Source of the DNA: Squalus acanthias
Taxonomy: Eukaryota
Length of the DNA: 38,467 bases
Direction: 5' to 3'
Assembly (NCBI GenBank): GCA_030390025.1
Contig: JASTWF010000366.1
Location: forward strand, 434,001 to 472,467
The position numbers and the translations under genes were made by a program. Shown here piece by piece: positions 1-13,973 of this stretch (within the stretch, counting starts at the first letter, position 1; each line of letters opens with the position of its first letter). The notes below the pieces were generated by a model that made no database searches, was not told the origin of the DNA, and worked only from the letters and a program-made list of their open reading frames with translations.

Positions 1-544
1 GTAGATGTAAAATGTATTGTAATTTGTTTTGTAAATGATCTGTGGAAGTTGCGGTCTTGACAGATTGGGCATTTTTCATTCCATGCTTCCTTATGATCTT
101 GGCCCACATGCTTTACAAAAGCTACCTCGAGAAATTGGCAGAGACAGCTCAGCCCGCCCCCTCCCCTGCCGGCTAGGATGGAGGGAAGAAAACACCTTAA
201 AATAAAGGGAGATAGTTCTATGCTGTAATAGGTCATTGAGGTTAAAATATAATAGGTAAATAAAATGTTGAACATGAAAGGAACTTGTATAAGGAGGTGA
301 GGGTGAATGATATCGGGGTGGCATTTATATTGGTTGCTTTTGGGAATCAAAGAATATTTAGGCAGAGCTTTCCCTTAAGTTTGAATGAGTGGGGTAGAAT
401 ATACATAGGCTGTGGAGGGAGTGGAATTGATGGGCTGAATGGACTTTTCTCATTTCATGTTTTAGATGTGAAATGTATAAACAGGATCATTGCTTCAGTG
501 TGTGGTTGCTCCAAGATAACCATAAAAATTCCCTTCTTCTGTAG

Positions 545-685
<141 letters not shown>

Positions 686-2231
686 TGAGATAACCATGAC
701 ATAATTTTATTAATCTTCTGTTTCCAAAAAATCCTGTTCAATAGCATGTCAACAGGTTGTCGTTTTAAAAAAAAATCTCGGCACTAAACATGTGGGGAAT
801 CGAAAACAGGTGAAGTCTCCGGGTCAAACATGGTTAGAAGGTTGGGAGATAATTGGATTGGGGCATACAGGAGTGTGACAGTGGTGGCCAGAAGATGCTA
901 GAGTGGAAAGGTCAGGCGGGGTGGGGAAAGCAGGAAGGTACAGCAGGATAGGCAAGAGGCTGAGGTAGAACAAGGTTAGAAGCAGGGGAGAGAACATGGA
1001 GAAGCGTTAGAAGCCAGAGAAGGGGAAGGTAAAATGGGTTAGTAGCTGGGAGGAGGAGGTAAAGGAAAGCTAGCGGACTGGGAGTTGGGAGAAGGCAGAG
1101 CATAGGAGAGGGGGTGTTGGAGAGAACTGAAGGCCACTGAGGATGACAGAGTGGGGTTGCAGCCCAGAGGAAGCAGCTGCACTGGTGGGACCCATGACAT
1201 CAGCATGGCAAGTACAGATAGAGGGGGTGGGGTGGGGTGGGGGGCGGGGATAGAGAGGGATGGCGAGGACAGGTGGAGGGGTTCCGGAAGAAGATAGGCC
1301 TGTGCAGGCAGCTCTTTTGAATTCTTTGGGAGCTCTAAATAAAACAGCTTAATATTATAGGCGAGGAATCAGTTAACTGAACAAACCACCGAGCGAAAGC
1401 AGCAGGGGCCAGAGCACAACAATGAAAAACCAGGAGGGAATTCCAAGTTTTCTTAAGAACAGGGCTTGGCATTTTGGTGGGAGCTCTGAGTTTTCCTGGT
1501 GGTGTGCCGGGGTGGTGGAGGTGGTAGACTGGTGGTTACAAAGTTCTGGGTCGACAACAAGCATGATGTGTGTGGAAAACGTCCCAGAGCAGACCACAGG
1601 GCATCAGAGACCAACATCTGGCCGGAGATTAATGGAGGCAGGGAAATCAACAGCCTGATAGCCAGACGTATTAATCCAGCAGGACTTTGCTGGGTTGGGA
1701 GGATCGGAAGGCTGTCGGGAGCAAGATATCTAAATTTAACGTGCAAAGTGGGGTCCTGCTATTTGTTTAGAATAGTAAAGAGGTGAGAGAAAGGCTTGGA
1801 AGAAAGCCACAAATCATAATTAAAGTTGATGAAATATTTAAAAAAAGTTTAAACAAATTTTGAAAAATGGCTTGCCTCAAAACAACATGGTGATCCAGTA
1901 CAAAGGGACATCCAGAATTTGCTTTACAATAACACCCAGTGGCCATTGCCTGTGAGCAGATTCAAAATTATTTTTTTAAACCAAATGTACTCACTATAAA
2001 ATAGAGTTAGGCTGTCCTTGTAACATTAGTTCACCAGCGGAGCACTTAATTACATTGGAAACCCCCTTCACAGTGCCAGCTACAGTCATAACTGGCACTG
2101 CAAGAATATGTCGACACTTTTAAAATGGATTTTGCCACAGACATATGAGTTTTCATGCATTTTGAAATAGAGTACTGCAAACCCACTCATCAATGTTTAA
2201 TATTTAATGAATGTATTTTCTTTTGGATTAG

Positions 2232-2620
<389 letters not shown>

Positions 2621-2912
2621 CTGACGTCACTATTGTATTGTGACAATCACAGGCAGGTTTCTGTCATTGGCATCGATTCTAGCACCTCACGAATAGCACT
2701 CCTGAGTGTATAGTGCAAAATGAAGACTAAACTTTGAAGGCGGAATACCTTAGTTTTCATAATTTTCCAATGTACTTGCATACATTTTACTCCAGACTCC
2801 AGTGGTTACACACAACAGTGGAACTGTGGTGCCACATCCCACAAATGCAGTGACATTCCAGTAACCTGTATCGGGAGCTAGGGAAAGCGAGGAAGAAGCA
2901 GCAGGAAATAGC

Positions 2913-3146
2913 AAGCAGATTGCTGGATTCAGGGAAGTGTTCTCGCAGTTTGATAAGAATGGTGATGGGACCATTTCAACCAAGAAACTGGGCACAGTGA
3001 TGTGATCACTAGAGCAGAACCCCACTGAAGCAGGACATGAGCATGAGATGGATACTGCTGGAATTGGCACCATGGACTTTCCAGAATTCCTCACAATGTT
3101 AACCAGGAAGAGTAAGGATACAGATAATGAGGAAATCCATGAAGTC
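2913..3146 (+). pseudogene. Calmodulin processed-pseudogene fragment (EF-hands 1-2 and central linker) in a DOCK7 intron
   Basis: Translates [39 protein letters not shown]...[27 protein letters not shown], collinear with calmodulin residues ~8-88; in-frame TGA at 3003-3005; small deletions; no introns. Confidence 0.92.
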
Positions 3147-3220
3147 CATCCATAATCCGTAAAGTGGTTTAAGTGAAATAACTTGTCATGGGAGTTGTGC
3201 GTGACATTCAGCTGTTTTAA

Positions 3221-3481
<261 letters not shown>

Positions 3482-4347
3482 TAATCAGTGTTTCACCATA
3501 AACTGTTACATTTTGATAAAATTCTTGAAAATTGATGGAGTTCAAAGGTGAACAGAAAATAGAAAGTTCTAGATCTTATTTTGCTATAAATGTTGCTCAC
3601 AGGAACGTTACCATGTTCTGATTTCCAATCCATTTTCAGTTGTAACATTGTAGAACTCCCTCCACCAGTCAGTAGAAATTATGTAAGATAATACATTGCA
3701 ACATGCCCATTTTCATAATTTTATTCTTGCATGGATCCTGAGATATGTATTTGATCAAGGGAGCACCCTTAATACTTTTATATGGTTGGACTCACTGATT
3801 CACCATTGAAATCCATTTATATAAGAGTCTGGTGTTCCACTTATAAGTTCAATATTTGAATTTGCTTTTTCCTCTTAACAACATAGGAATCTATATCTAA
3901 TTTTTACATAGGTGCTCATTTTGTCAGATGTGTGATTGTTCCTTTTTATTGAGGGTAATCTTTTTCTTCACAGATCATGCACCAATTGCAGCCAAGAGTT
4001 TGTAAGTGGGTGTCTAGCTCCCAGGCTCTACCAATGGCTGATGTATGAGAGCAGGTCCCACTGCTCCTTCTCTGGGATTTCACAGCTGAGATTAGGATCT
4101 GAGTGGGTGGGGTTAGGGGGAAATTCAAAGCAGTGCTAGTGTGATGGCTTAGTTGGTAAATACACAGCCTGATTATTGAGCTATAAAACCAGACGGTAAT
4201 CCACTCTGTTGCACCCCACGTAGAGATTAATCTTACGAAAATGACAGGCGGTGATTTAATACAATGATTTAATTGTATTGAGAATTATAACTGGGTATGG
4301 TTGAAACTGAGACATGATGAAACCCAGGCTGTTTTTGTTATCTACAG

Positions 4348-4491
4348 GTCATTTTAACACCAATCGAAGTGGCAATAGAAGACATGCAGAAGAAAACTCA
4401 AGAGCTGGCTTTTGCAACGCATCAAGAGCCAGCTGATCCTAAGATGCTTCAAATGGTGTTGCAGGGCTCTGTGGGAACAACAGTTAATCAA
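4348..4491 (+). CDS. DOCK7: DOCK7 coding exon, [16 protein letters not shown]...[11 protein letters not shown]
   Basis: tacag acceptor and gtatgg donor; 144 nt; contains the DHR-2 nucleotide-sensor loop GSVGTTVNQ(GP). Confidence 0.96.
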
Positions 4492-4684
4492 GTATGGATT
4501 CAAATCTACCAGAAAAAAAGTGTTGGCACATTTAGCCAATTACTGAAATCACTGACAGCGAGTCTAACAGCAGTGAAAGCTGTGTGACAACATTCTTGGA
4601 GTCTGTACTAATGTAACACATTATTCCTCAAAGTTCAAGCCAAGATTCTCTGATAGCTCATTTAATAAATGCACCACCATATAA

Positions 4685-5015
4685 GCCATATAGACAAGGA
4701 GGGGCCCAGGTTCAATCCCTGCTCTGTCGTGAGTTTGTTGATCTCAGTAGGTGACAGTCAGGGTCATACAATTGGCCTCATTGTCCTCAGGCCAAGCGGA
4801 CGATAAAATCAGCTAGCGTTTCCACTCCTACTCCCTATTCGCGAATCGACAGGAAAGTGGGCATTCAAGGATGTGGTCCAGGTTTGACTCTGATATTTCT
4901 TTCCCATTCCCCTCAGTCAAATAGCCTACTCACTGTTTGGGCTCAAAATTGAAGAATGACCACTTGGGTGATGTAGTGGAGGGTGGCATGGTGCCCATGA
5001 AACTGTGCCATTTCA
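4685..5015 (+). mobile_element. Second SINE family copy
   Basis: B-box-like cccaggttcaatccc, then acaattggcctca, aatagcct and gaagaatgaccacttggg; boundaries approximate. Confidence 0.65.
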
Positions 5016-5731
5016 AGATTATGTTGAAGGTACAAACATTCTAAAATTAGAAAAGCAGATTAACTGGATCTTGGGGATTAAAGCACAAAGAAACAGTGTG
5101 CAGGACTAAGCCCAGCTTTATTAATTTACATAATTAGTCTAACTAATTTGAACCTGTAGTGTAAAGAGAGTACATTAGGTTTAATTTTATTGCTTGTGAA
5201 TTGAGGCCAATTCCTCTGGGGCCAGCGTCCAGAAATGTCTGTCCCCTGGGTGTAATGGTCAGGAAAAAGGGACCAATGATGGCAATTATAAGTACCACGA
5301 CAAGGTTCTGACAATTTTGGCATCAAAAATGTACCTATTCATCAATGAAAATCCTTCAAAAAATGTTAGCACTTTTAAATTGGATGGTAGGAACATAGAT
5401 TTTGTAAAATAATAAAGTTAAACAATTAAAAGTTTTGAACAGAAAAATGGCTAAATAGGTTAAAGAGTAAAATTGAAGTAAAAAGGCAGAATAGGAGGCA
5501 AAAAAGGGAAAACAGAGCAAGCACAGGTTAAATGTTTAGACTTTTTTTGTACAATTTTTCATTGTTTAGGATTAACGCTACTGCTGACATTTGGATTTAT
5601 TTTAGCGTCACTGTGTATGAGTTGAAAACTAGTCAGCCAGAGACATGAATTTCCCTTGATCTGTGGTCAAGCATAAACGAGAAATTCTTGGTATTGTGCC
5701 TGCATTCTGCTGTAAATTATTTTGACACTAA

Positions 5732-6052
<321 letters not shown>

Positions 6053-6729
6053 TAGCTTTGCTACCAGGGCTACTTTGCCCATACGATTCTGGAATAAAAT
6101 CTCAGGAGATGGTGTTCCCTGCCCCTAGATGTGCACATAACCTCATTTGTATTACAGGAGTGCAATATAAACTGACTGAACTAATATACATGTTTTGCAG
6201 AGACAGCAGTGCACTGTTTACTTATACACATAGGAATATGTGTTATGTGCATTATTCACAATGGTGTATATTACAGCTACTGTAGTCAGATATGTAGGAG
6301 TAATTTTATTGTACAGATGTAAATATTATTGAAGTGCCTAATAGTCCCATTGCATCACTTCCACATAATCATTCTTTGATTAATCTGAGCATCTGTCACA
6401 TTGCTGTTGCTCAGTACAGGGCTGATTAAATCCAGACTGAACACCGTACGGTGTTCAAATCAGCATCTGATTTTGTGAAATTACATGAATTGAGGGTAGT
6501 TTTACAAGTAGTATTAAGAAATGATGGCTACTGTACCCCCCCCCCCCCATTACTCCCACCTTTCTGTAGTCAATTTGCCTTGCCCTGCCATGCCAATTCC
6601 ACCCACCTCCCTACATTTCCAACATTAGATACCTTTCTGAATAAGACCATCCATTTAGTACCAAATTATGGGCAGCTTGTGGTCTCTTGTCCTCTAGAAA
6701 CTGCCTCAGACATTTACAAATGGAGACTT

Positions 6730-6791
6730 GCCCGTGAGGACACGATGGGCCGAAATGGCCTCCTTCTGTGCTGTAACTTTCTATGATTCTA
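6730..6791 (+). mobile_element. CR1/SINE 3' tail fragment
   Basis: gatgggccgaaatggcctccttctgtgctgtaa...ctatgattcta, nearly the same as the CR1 tail at 29258-29295. Confidence 0.7.
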
Positions 6792-7545
6792 CTTTCATCC
6801 CATTGGAGTGGAGATTTGCTCAAGGTTGTTTGACTAAGCGAAGCTGAATGCTTGAATTATACATTTTCTGCTGCATGTTGTCCTAATCTACACATGGAGT
6901 GGTAGGGTGCAGTTTGGCGTACACATTCTCTAAATCAACCATGCTGTTGGGGATAAGAACATTCTTCCCCACAGGGAGGGAAAGGATAAAGTAGTGGGAG
7001 AGTCACCTTTGGCTGCTCTCATGTACATTTTGCAGTTGGATCAAGAGCAGGTGCCATCTTGGTTGGAGGAGCAGTGCATGACACAAAGAACTTTAAAGGA
7101 AAAACAGGACGGAGATAAAAACAAGGGGAATAGAATGCATGCCACAAGGATTTCAGTGAAGTGTAATGGTGATTGTCTGAAATCTTTGTGCAAGATCCAC
7201 CTGAATGTGGAAAAATCCCAGCACAGTACACTTACAAATTTTGTCCTTCCAAACTTGGGTTGCCCGCAGAAAACATTTTCAACTGTATAAGAATTGGCTG
7301 TAGTGCTACTTACAGGTCGGTCACTAATGATGGTAGAGGTGGGAACAATGAGAAGAATTAGGAGCATCATACAAGTGTGTTGAACAATATAAAAACATAT
7401 TGGCTCAAGTATGATTTTATTTTTCAATTTGCTGCCAAGGCTAAATGATTAAGCCTAGTGACAATGCCGAGTAGCTAGATATTATTTCCTGTTCACTAGC
7501 CAGGAAAGATGGGGCGTTGGAGTTTACTGATTACAGCTTGTTTAA

Positions 7546-7719
<174 letters not shown>

Positions 7720-8164
7720 TAAGTTTTAATTAATATATCAACAGTGATGAGGTTGCTTTCGTTCATAAAGCTGAGATTGAAATTTGTTTGGAGATTGTTG
7801 ATCAAATTGCATTGTTAATTTCTGTCCCAGAAATCCTCATGAAAGAACACTAAATATGTCATTATTGAAATTTGTTAATTGTTCCACTCCTCCCATAAAC
7901 TTAGTGTAAAACTTATTACTGGTAGCATAGAAGAGTTTATTATATATATGTTAATTAATTTATAGCTAACTTTATGCTCTAGTCAAAAGCATCACATTAT
8001 TCTACAGTAGATTTCACCTAGGATTGTATTATAACTGAAGACAAGTCAGTTGATCTTGTCATACAGTTGTCTCTATATGCATGGGTGCAGATTTGAAAAA
8101 AAAACTGTTCACATGGTACTATCAAATCAGATCAGTAGATAAATCTACCACCTAATGAACTATT

Positions 8165-8420
8165 AAGCCACACACATCAGGAAGGGTCCAGGTTCAATTC
8201 TCAAACTCACCAAGTTATTAGCTCAGCTCACAAGAGCGATACAAAATCAGCCAGGGTTCCCAGTCAAGCTGGAATTGTGCATGTGTAGATTCTGGTTTGA
8301 GAACAGGTTTGGTCTTGGCTGTGATGCATCATTGAATAGCCTGCCAAAAACATGTCACTTGGACAAGGTTCTGTAGAGATGTAATCCAGCATGAATCACA
8401 CCCTTTAGGAAAGGAAAAAA
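8165..8420 (+). mobile_element. Second SINE family copy
   Basis: gtccaggttcaattc, aaaatcagccagggttcc, ggctgtgatgc and gaatagcctgcc blocks. Confidence 0.6.
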
Positions 8421-8509
8421 CCTCCGTTTTCCATTATTATTAGCATAAATGAGAAACACAGAAAATGCAAACCGGTTGTGTGGTTAATTCGTACATGTTG
8501 TGTTTACAG

Positions 8510-8552
8510 AGATTCTTTCAGCAGATTGAGCCTTCGCAAAGTGGACATCTGA
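8510..8552 (+). CDS. DOCK7: DOCK7 terminal coding exon, (R)DSFSRLSLRKVDI*
   Basis: tacag acceptor; TGA at 8550-8552; resembles the recalled human DOCK7 C-terminus RDSFSRMSLRKMDL; adjacency to USP1 favours DOCK7 over DOCK6/8. Confidence 0.93.
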
Positions 8553-10151
8553 AAAAGTGGACTAAACACTTATCTATGCTTGTATGTGACAAAGGGGGTA
8601 AAAAAATCTATCCATTTCATCATCAAATAGCAAATATGGAAATTACAAGTATGTAAAAGAAACAAAAATTCATACCTCAAATTTTGATACAACCCCAGGC
8701 ATAGAAATTTTAGATACACTACATTTCTTTAAAAGATGTGAAGAGGTTGAGGATAAATGGCAACGGTCATGGTACTAGTGATTATTCCAGCACACTCTCA
8801 AGGTTACATTTGCTTGCACGATGTCTCAGTATTGTGCTTTTGTTAGTGTTGTCACTAGCATTTACAACTGTTAAGATTCACTAATTGGTCATGCTTACTA
8901 CTATTTATCTACCATTATGTATTAAAAGTTCTTAATGTTATTTACTATTAGCTGATGTACTATTTATATCAGAAATTCGCACAAGATCCCTTTGAACAGT
9001 TTTGTTATGTGATTGGCATTGATAATTTCATTTTTATTTTTCAAAAAAAGGTACTATTAAATATTGAAATTACTTCAATGTGGTATATTTCTTGATTTCA
9101 CTCCAACCTGTTCATTATTGCAGTAGTAAGTGCTAAATTACTGAAACTGCTTAATTAATCTCTTTAAGTCCATACAACCAGCTGAGGCTTTAAGTTAATA
9201 ATTTCATTAAACCACTACTTGCAACATGATCTAGATAAGAACTTCTTCAACCAAGCTCTTATTAAACTTCAGGTATGGTAATGCTAAACATTTTTCAGCA
9301 GTTCTGGTTTAATATGTAGTAAACAGTAAAAGGAGGAAACTTAAATCGAGTTCCTGCTTGTTTTAGTGATCCCTGCAGCAAGTGTGCATGTATGGGCATT
9401 TAATGAAAACAGAATCGGGCTGCTGACACTCACCATCTGAGCTCAATTAGGTGAGGTATCGAAGGGTGATTTGCAAGGAGTCATTGAGAGGAAAAAGATG
9501 TAAATGGATTATTTTTAACAAAATATAGATATATATAGCACAGAGGGTGTGGATTCACGGTTCTGTTTTATTAAAAGGAATTAATTTCCCAACTTACAGT
9601 AAAATTGGAAAAAGAAATACAAAGAGCTTGAACTCACTCCTACTGCATGCAGATTAATGTTATAGTCAGCTCCTTGTGCTACAATAGGCAGCATCCTGGG
9701 CCCGCTTCAAATCAGAAATGAGGTAAACCGCTACCTGCCAATGCAGACTACAACCTGTACCCAGTCAAAAACTTGGCATGACAACACGGGCATCAACGCA
9801 CTGCATTTCTCCCCTATTGAAATCCTATAATTCACAGAAAAAAGACTGAACTGCTGAAAGAAAAAATGACAATGCTGGAAATTAAATAAAAAGTGGAAAT
9901 GCACCAGATTTATATGGTAATGGCTTATTTGTTTTTAGTCAAAACCAGCTGCTGATCCAACATCCACGTAGCCCCTTTATACTCTGTGGGAGTAGGGCTG
10001 CTCTATGGGTAGTTGACGTCCACATTAGAACAGTGATCAGGCCTAGCTCAAGTCTAGCATTGTGCGGAGGATGTACCTTCTGAAAAATAAACATGACCCA
10101 AGGCAGGTAATATACATACATAAGTTAGTGCTATACAAGAGTTTCAATTCA

Positions 10152-10157
10152 AATAAA
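10152..10157 (+). promoter_or_regulatory. Candidate DOCK7 polyadenylation signal AATAAA
   Basis: Canonical hexamer with a downstream T-rich tract; alternatives at 8921 (ATTAAA), 9885 and 10086. Confidence 0.4.
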
Positions 10158-10310
10158 GGTTATTAAAATTATACCTCACTGGTCTTTTATGTACAACTTT
10201 GAGATAATTGCATTTACAAATTAGAGGGGTGAATTTATAGGATTGGTTTCCTAGATTATCTTAGAAACTACATAGTAAAAGTTATACAATTAAACTTTAT
10301 ACAAAATTAC

Positions 10311-10323
10311 TTTAATGTTTAAT
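10311..10323 (-). promoter_or_regulatory. Candidate USP1 polyadenylation signals (two ATTAAA)
   Basis: TTTAAT at 10311-10316 and 10318-10323 with an upstream TGTA on the minus strand. Confidence 0.35.
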
Positions 10324-10729
10324 ATTTACATTACTAGTGTCTATAATACACCACTTAAAAAAAAGGAAACCTGTGACTATATTCCAGATTTCTTGGACAT
10401 TTTGTCTGGTAGTCAAACTTGTAGAAGCATTTCTGAAATAACCTTGAATCAAAAAAAAAATCCCTTTCAGGGCATGAAGTGTCTATTTATATCACCATCT
10501 GCATGACATATAGAAAAGAAATTATAAATGAATAATCTGTTACAGGGCATCTGAAGCGAGAGCAAAATACAAAAGTAAATGTCATTAGAAACTCTTCATT
10601 GAGTCGATGTGTAGTTTTATAAAGGAAGTGACTCAGCAAGAGGTGCCAAGACACACATCTAGTGGGTTTAGTTAAAAGGTCACATTTTAGTCATCCAACA
10701 ACTTAGGTCGAATTTCCACCCTGCATATG

Positions 10730-10995
10730 CAGTCCAAGAAAGTCCCAGGTTTATTTTCTGGTCTTAAGCTCAACCAACATAGCAGCAGGGGTGGGGGGAA
10801 TAATCAGTGTTCCCAATGACAAATGCCAGGTAGTAACTGGTACCTGATAACAGGCTCAGGCTTAGCTGTGAAACCTGCTGTGGTATTCAGTCTAAGTGCA
10901 CAAATTATGACTGACCACTGGAGGGCAGCGCTACGAGATACCTGGGGATTACGTCCCAGAATCAGTAAGGGCCTGTAGGAGAAATTGTAAAAGGA
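10730..10995 (+). mobile_element. Second SINE family copy in the probable USP1 3' UTR (antisense)
   Basis: gtcccaggtttatt, ggcttagctgtga and gaccactgg blocks; highly diverged. Confidence 0.45.
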
Positions 10996-11552
10996 ATGGT
11001 GTCAATATATTGGGAAGGAAAATAGAGGGGGGTTTGGGTCAAACTCTGTTGCAGTAGCAGTAAGTTTTACTCAGTATCTGCTACATTGCAACCTTCTAAA
11101 ATGCAGCTGATCATATTCTTTAGATTGTACTGTTAGCTGTGGGGCACTATGGATAAATGTAATAAGGTGTTTTTACAGGTCTCAGCTATGGTGATTCTAT
11201 CAGCCTTGAAAGTTTAAACATCCAACAATAATGGGATGGAGAAAGACAGTTTTAAAATCTAGTCCCTGCTATAGGGAGACAAGGAATGTAAATTTTGCAC
11301 CCACTATTATTTACAAAAAAAGCTGCTTTTAAATTTAGAGCCTATAATCTGCTTCATATCTAAACAAACTTGGAGGCTTGCTTTATCAGGCGGTTTTGGT
11401 AGTGCTTGATTGATGGTTCATGCAGCTTATACTAGCAAATCACACAAGGTTTCATGTTTTAAAAACAATGCTCTCTATTAAATATACAACAAGCAGTGAA
11501 AGAAAACATCCCATGGTGAAGTTACTTATGCCAATCTCTTAAGGTGCACGTT

Positions 11553-12324
11553 TTATGGGTTTGCCATTTTCTTGTAAAACAACAGGTACGGGGTTGATGT
11601 GCAAGAGGTCGATGGAGAAAGTGAGCTGAGAAAATCCTGTTCATCTGTAAGCTTCACCTCAGCATCATCAAACAGCATCCATTTCCCTTCATACTCCTGC
11701 AGACTACAGCAGCTTTGAGGAACCTGGTTTTCTGGAACGTTCCTCCCAGTTACAGACGCTCCATGTTGGCTGTTGCAACAACTTTGGTCTTTAATGGAAC
11801 AAATATGTTTTTCTCTTAAGTTAGCACCGTCTGATTTCACATTTTCTTTTAATCCAATTCCAGGTTTTTCAGAGTCATTCTTGTTCTTGGAGACATGCAA
11901 ATCAAACCTGGATATACTTTTTTGTCCACCAAGGAGCCCAACACTTTCTGCATTCTTCTTTGTAGTTTTACCAGTTGCTGCCGTTTGGAAGTTTCCCTTC
12001 AGTTTAACGGATATCTCTCCGTCGTCATATTCTTGTGGGCAAACAGAACATTTTGCCTCTTCCTCACTGAGTGGTTCCTGTTTCATACCATATGCACAGT
12101 TCAATGCAGATTCTTCTTTGTGCACCTCCTCCTGGCTGCCAAAATCTGTCATTTTTACATAGGCTGTGTAGTGACCACTACTAATACTCACCCCATTGTG
12201 CATGACTACAGCAAACAGTTCATAGCAGTCATTAGCCTCTCTTGTGCTCCATTCTTCCAGTGAAAGCTTAAGAGGAGTCAGCAAGGGAGTATTCACTTTT
12301 GAGAGATTGCCATAGGGCTCCAAC
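11553..12324 (-). CDS. USP1: USP1 last coding exon (exon 9): His box, Gly-Gly autocleavage site, catalytic Asp
   Basis: Acceptor AG at 12326-12325; motifs HNGVSISSGHYTAY, VGLLGGQKS, FDDAEV, TPYLLFY; TAA at 11555-11553. Confidence 0.97.
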
Positions 12325-13206
12325 CTAAAAAAACAAATTTCATAATCAACATGAGAGATCATGGGCAGCAAGGAAATAGTGATACTGCGATAACATTGTT
12401 TAAAAAATACAGTTTATGTTTACATTCTAAAAGTGACATTCATGAACAACTAGTGAACACTTTCACTGTTCCACAGGTGTGGGATAAATTACCATATTCT
12501 AGTCCTAGTAAATTGCAGCATTTCAAATAATGCACAGACTTGTACACCATTTATCGCAAGGCACTTTTGCTGGAAGCAGAAAATACTGTACTACACAAAT
12601 TGGTTTTGTTCCCTGCCCACCATGGGTGACTTGCCATTTAGCTTGTATTTTGTCCTAGGTGCTACATCCTTCCCATACAGGCTAGCAATGCAATTTTATG
12701 TTAATGACCCATGGACATTTCCCCCTCTCCTGCTTATCCCTACACCATCTGTGGACAGGGGAACACTTTTATTTCAGTCAATCATACTCAAAAAAACCCT
12801 AAGATATGCGAGAATGGGGAGTTACTCTCCCTCAGCTTTTCAGTGCAGACAGGAAAAAACTAAGAGGGTAAAATATTTCAGGCATGGGGCAAGGAAAGGC
12901 AGGTAGATTTAAAAAACAAATAAATCAGGGCTCATGTTAGTTAATTGGTACAATGTTGAATATCAGACGAACAGGTTATAGTACACACACACTGTCTAGA
13001 CCAGCTAAGTAAAATCGCCCCCCTAAATGTCCCAAAAAACACAATTAAACCTGACTCTTAGTATGAGCTATGCTGATTACTACTACACTGAATTTTACAC
13101 ATTATTTTGATCGTAAACTTTGCCATGAAATTTTGTTTCTCCAGTAAATTTATTCTACCTTACTTCAGTTTTTTGCAGTTCCAGTAACATTAATTTTCAT
13201 ACTTAC

Positions 13207-13408
13207 TCTGAGCTACATGCTGCAAAGCACTTCAAGTGGATGGTCACAACCTCTGGCATCTTGTCAAACAACAGGCTGCGTTCAGCTTCTGTGTAATGGT
13301 GACAGTTTTCACAGAAATATTTGTCTTCACCGACTATTCGTTCCACTGAAGCGAACTGCGATATTGCCCACTTCAGTGTTTTTATCTCCATCTTTGGTTC
13401 TGGAGAAA
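13207..13408 (-). CDS. USP1: USP1 exon 8, (I)SPEPKMEIKTLKWAISQFASVERIVGEDKYFCENC...HLKCFAACSS(E)
   Basis: ccag acceptor and gtaagt donor; 202 nt, phases 1/2; zinc-binding CENC. Confidence 0.97.
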
Positions 13409-13814
13409 CTGGAAGAAAAGGGCAAGAAACTATAAAGTCACTCCAGTCTTTCCTCATAGTTCAGTCCTTTAACTCTAGGGGTCAGCCTCATGGCTCTTCT
13501 CTGTACTGACTCTAGCACTTAAATGTCTCCCTTGTGTCCTGGTAACCAGAACTGGATACAGTACTTAGTGTCATGCGACAAGAGCACTGTACAATTCATG
13601 GCTGGAGAAGCCATTTAAAATAAAAACTTTGTGGGAGGCAGAGGAACTATTCAACTTCAACCCTTTCCCGAGTCTTCCCTCACACCCCACTCAAGTGCAG
13701 AACTAAAATCACATGTTGCTTCACTACAAAATCCTGCATTGCATTTACTGACCCTAAATGGAATCATTTCTCACTTGTTACTATGTCAGTAAAGAAAACT
13801 ATTTAATTACTCAC

Positions 13815-13973
13815 TCTCAGAGCCCTCTTCCTTTGGGTCTTTTTCTTGAACAGGTACGCTGATATCCTGGAAATTCTCTCTTCGCTCAGAGTAGCACTCG
13901 CACTCCAAACACCGCGTTCTCAAAACTAACTGTCCTTGGAACATTCCATCCATCAGCTCAAAGCCAGACAACT
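13815..13973 (-). CDS. USP1: USP1 exon 7, LSGFELMDGMFQGQLVLRTRCLECECYSERRENFQDISVPVQE...
   Basis: ttag acceptor and gtgagt donor; 159 nt, phases 1/1; CLEC motif; not in the ORF track. Confidence 0.96.

Noticed and set aside
760..1790. Purine-rich region with short ORFs and a G4-like run at 1223-1249
   Set aside because: Probably an old L2-like relic on the minus strand, too degraded to bound; the G-run is a common simple repeat.
2750..3094. 114-aa minus-strand ORF
   Set aside because: It is the antisense frame of the calmodulin pseudogene.
6994..7427. Cluster of overlapping ORFs in a DOCK7 intron
   Set aside because: No recognisable domain or splice structure.
11773..12263. Plus-strand ORFs of 129 and 122 aa
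   Set aside because: Antisense shadows of USP1 exon 9.
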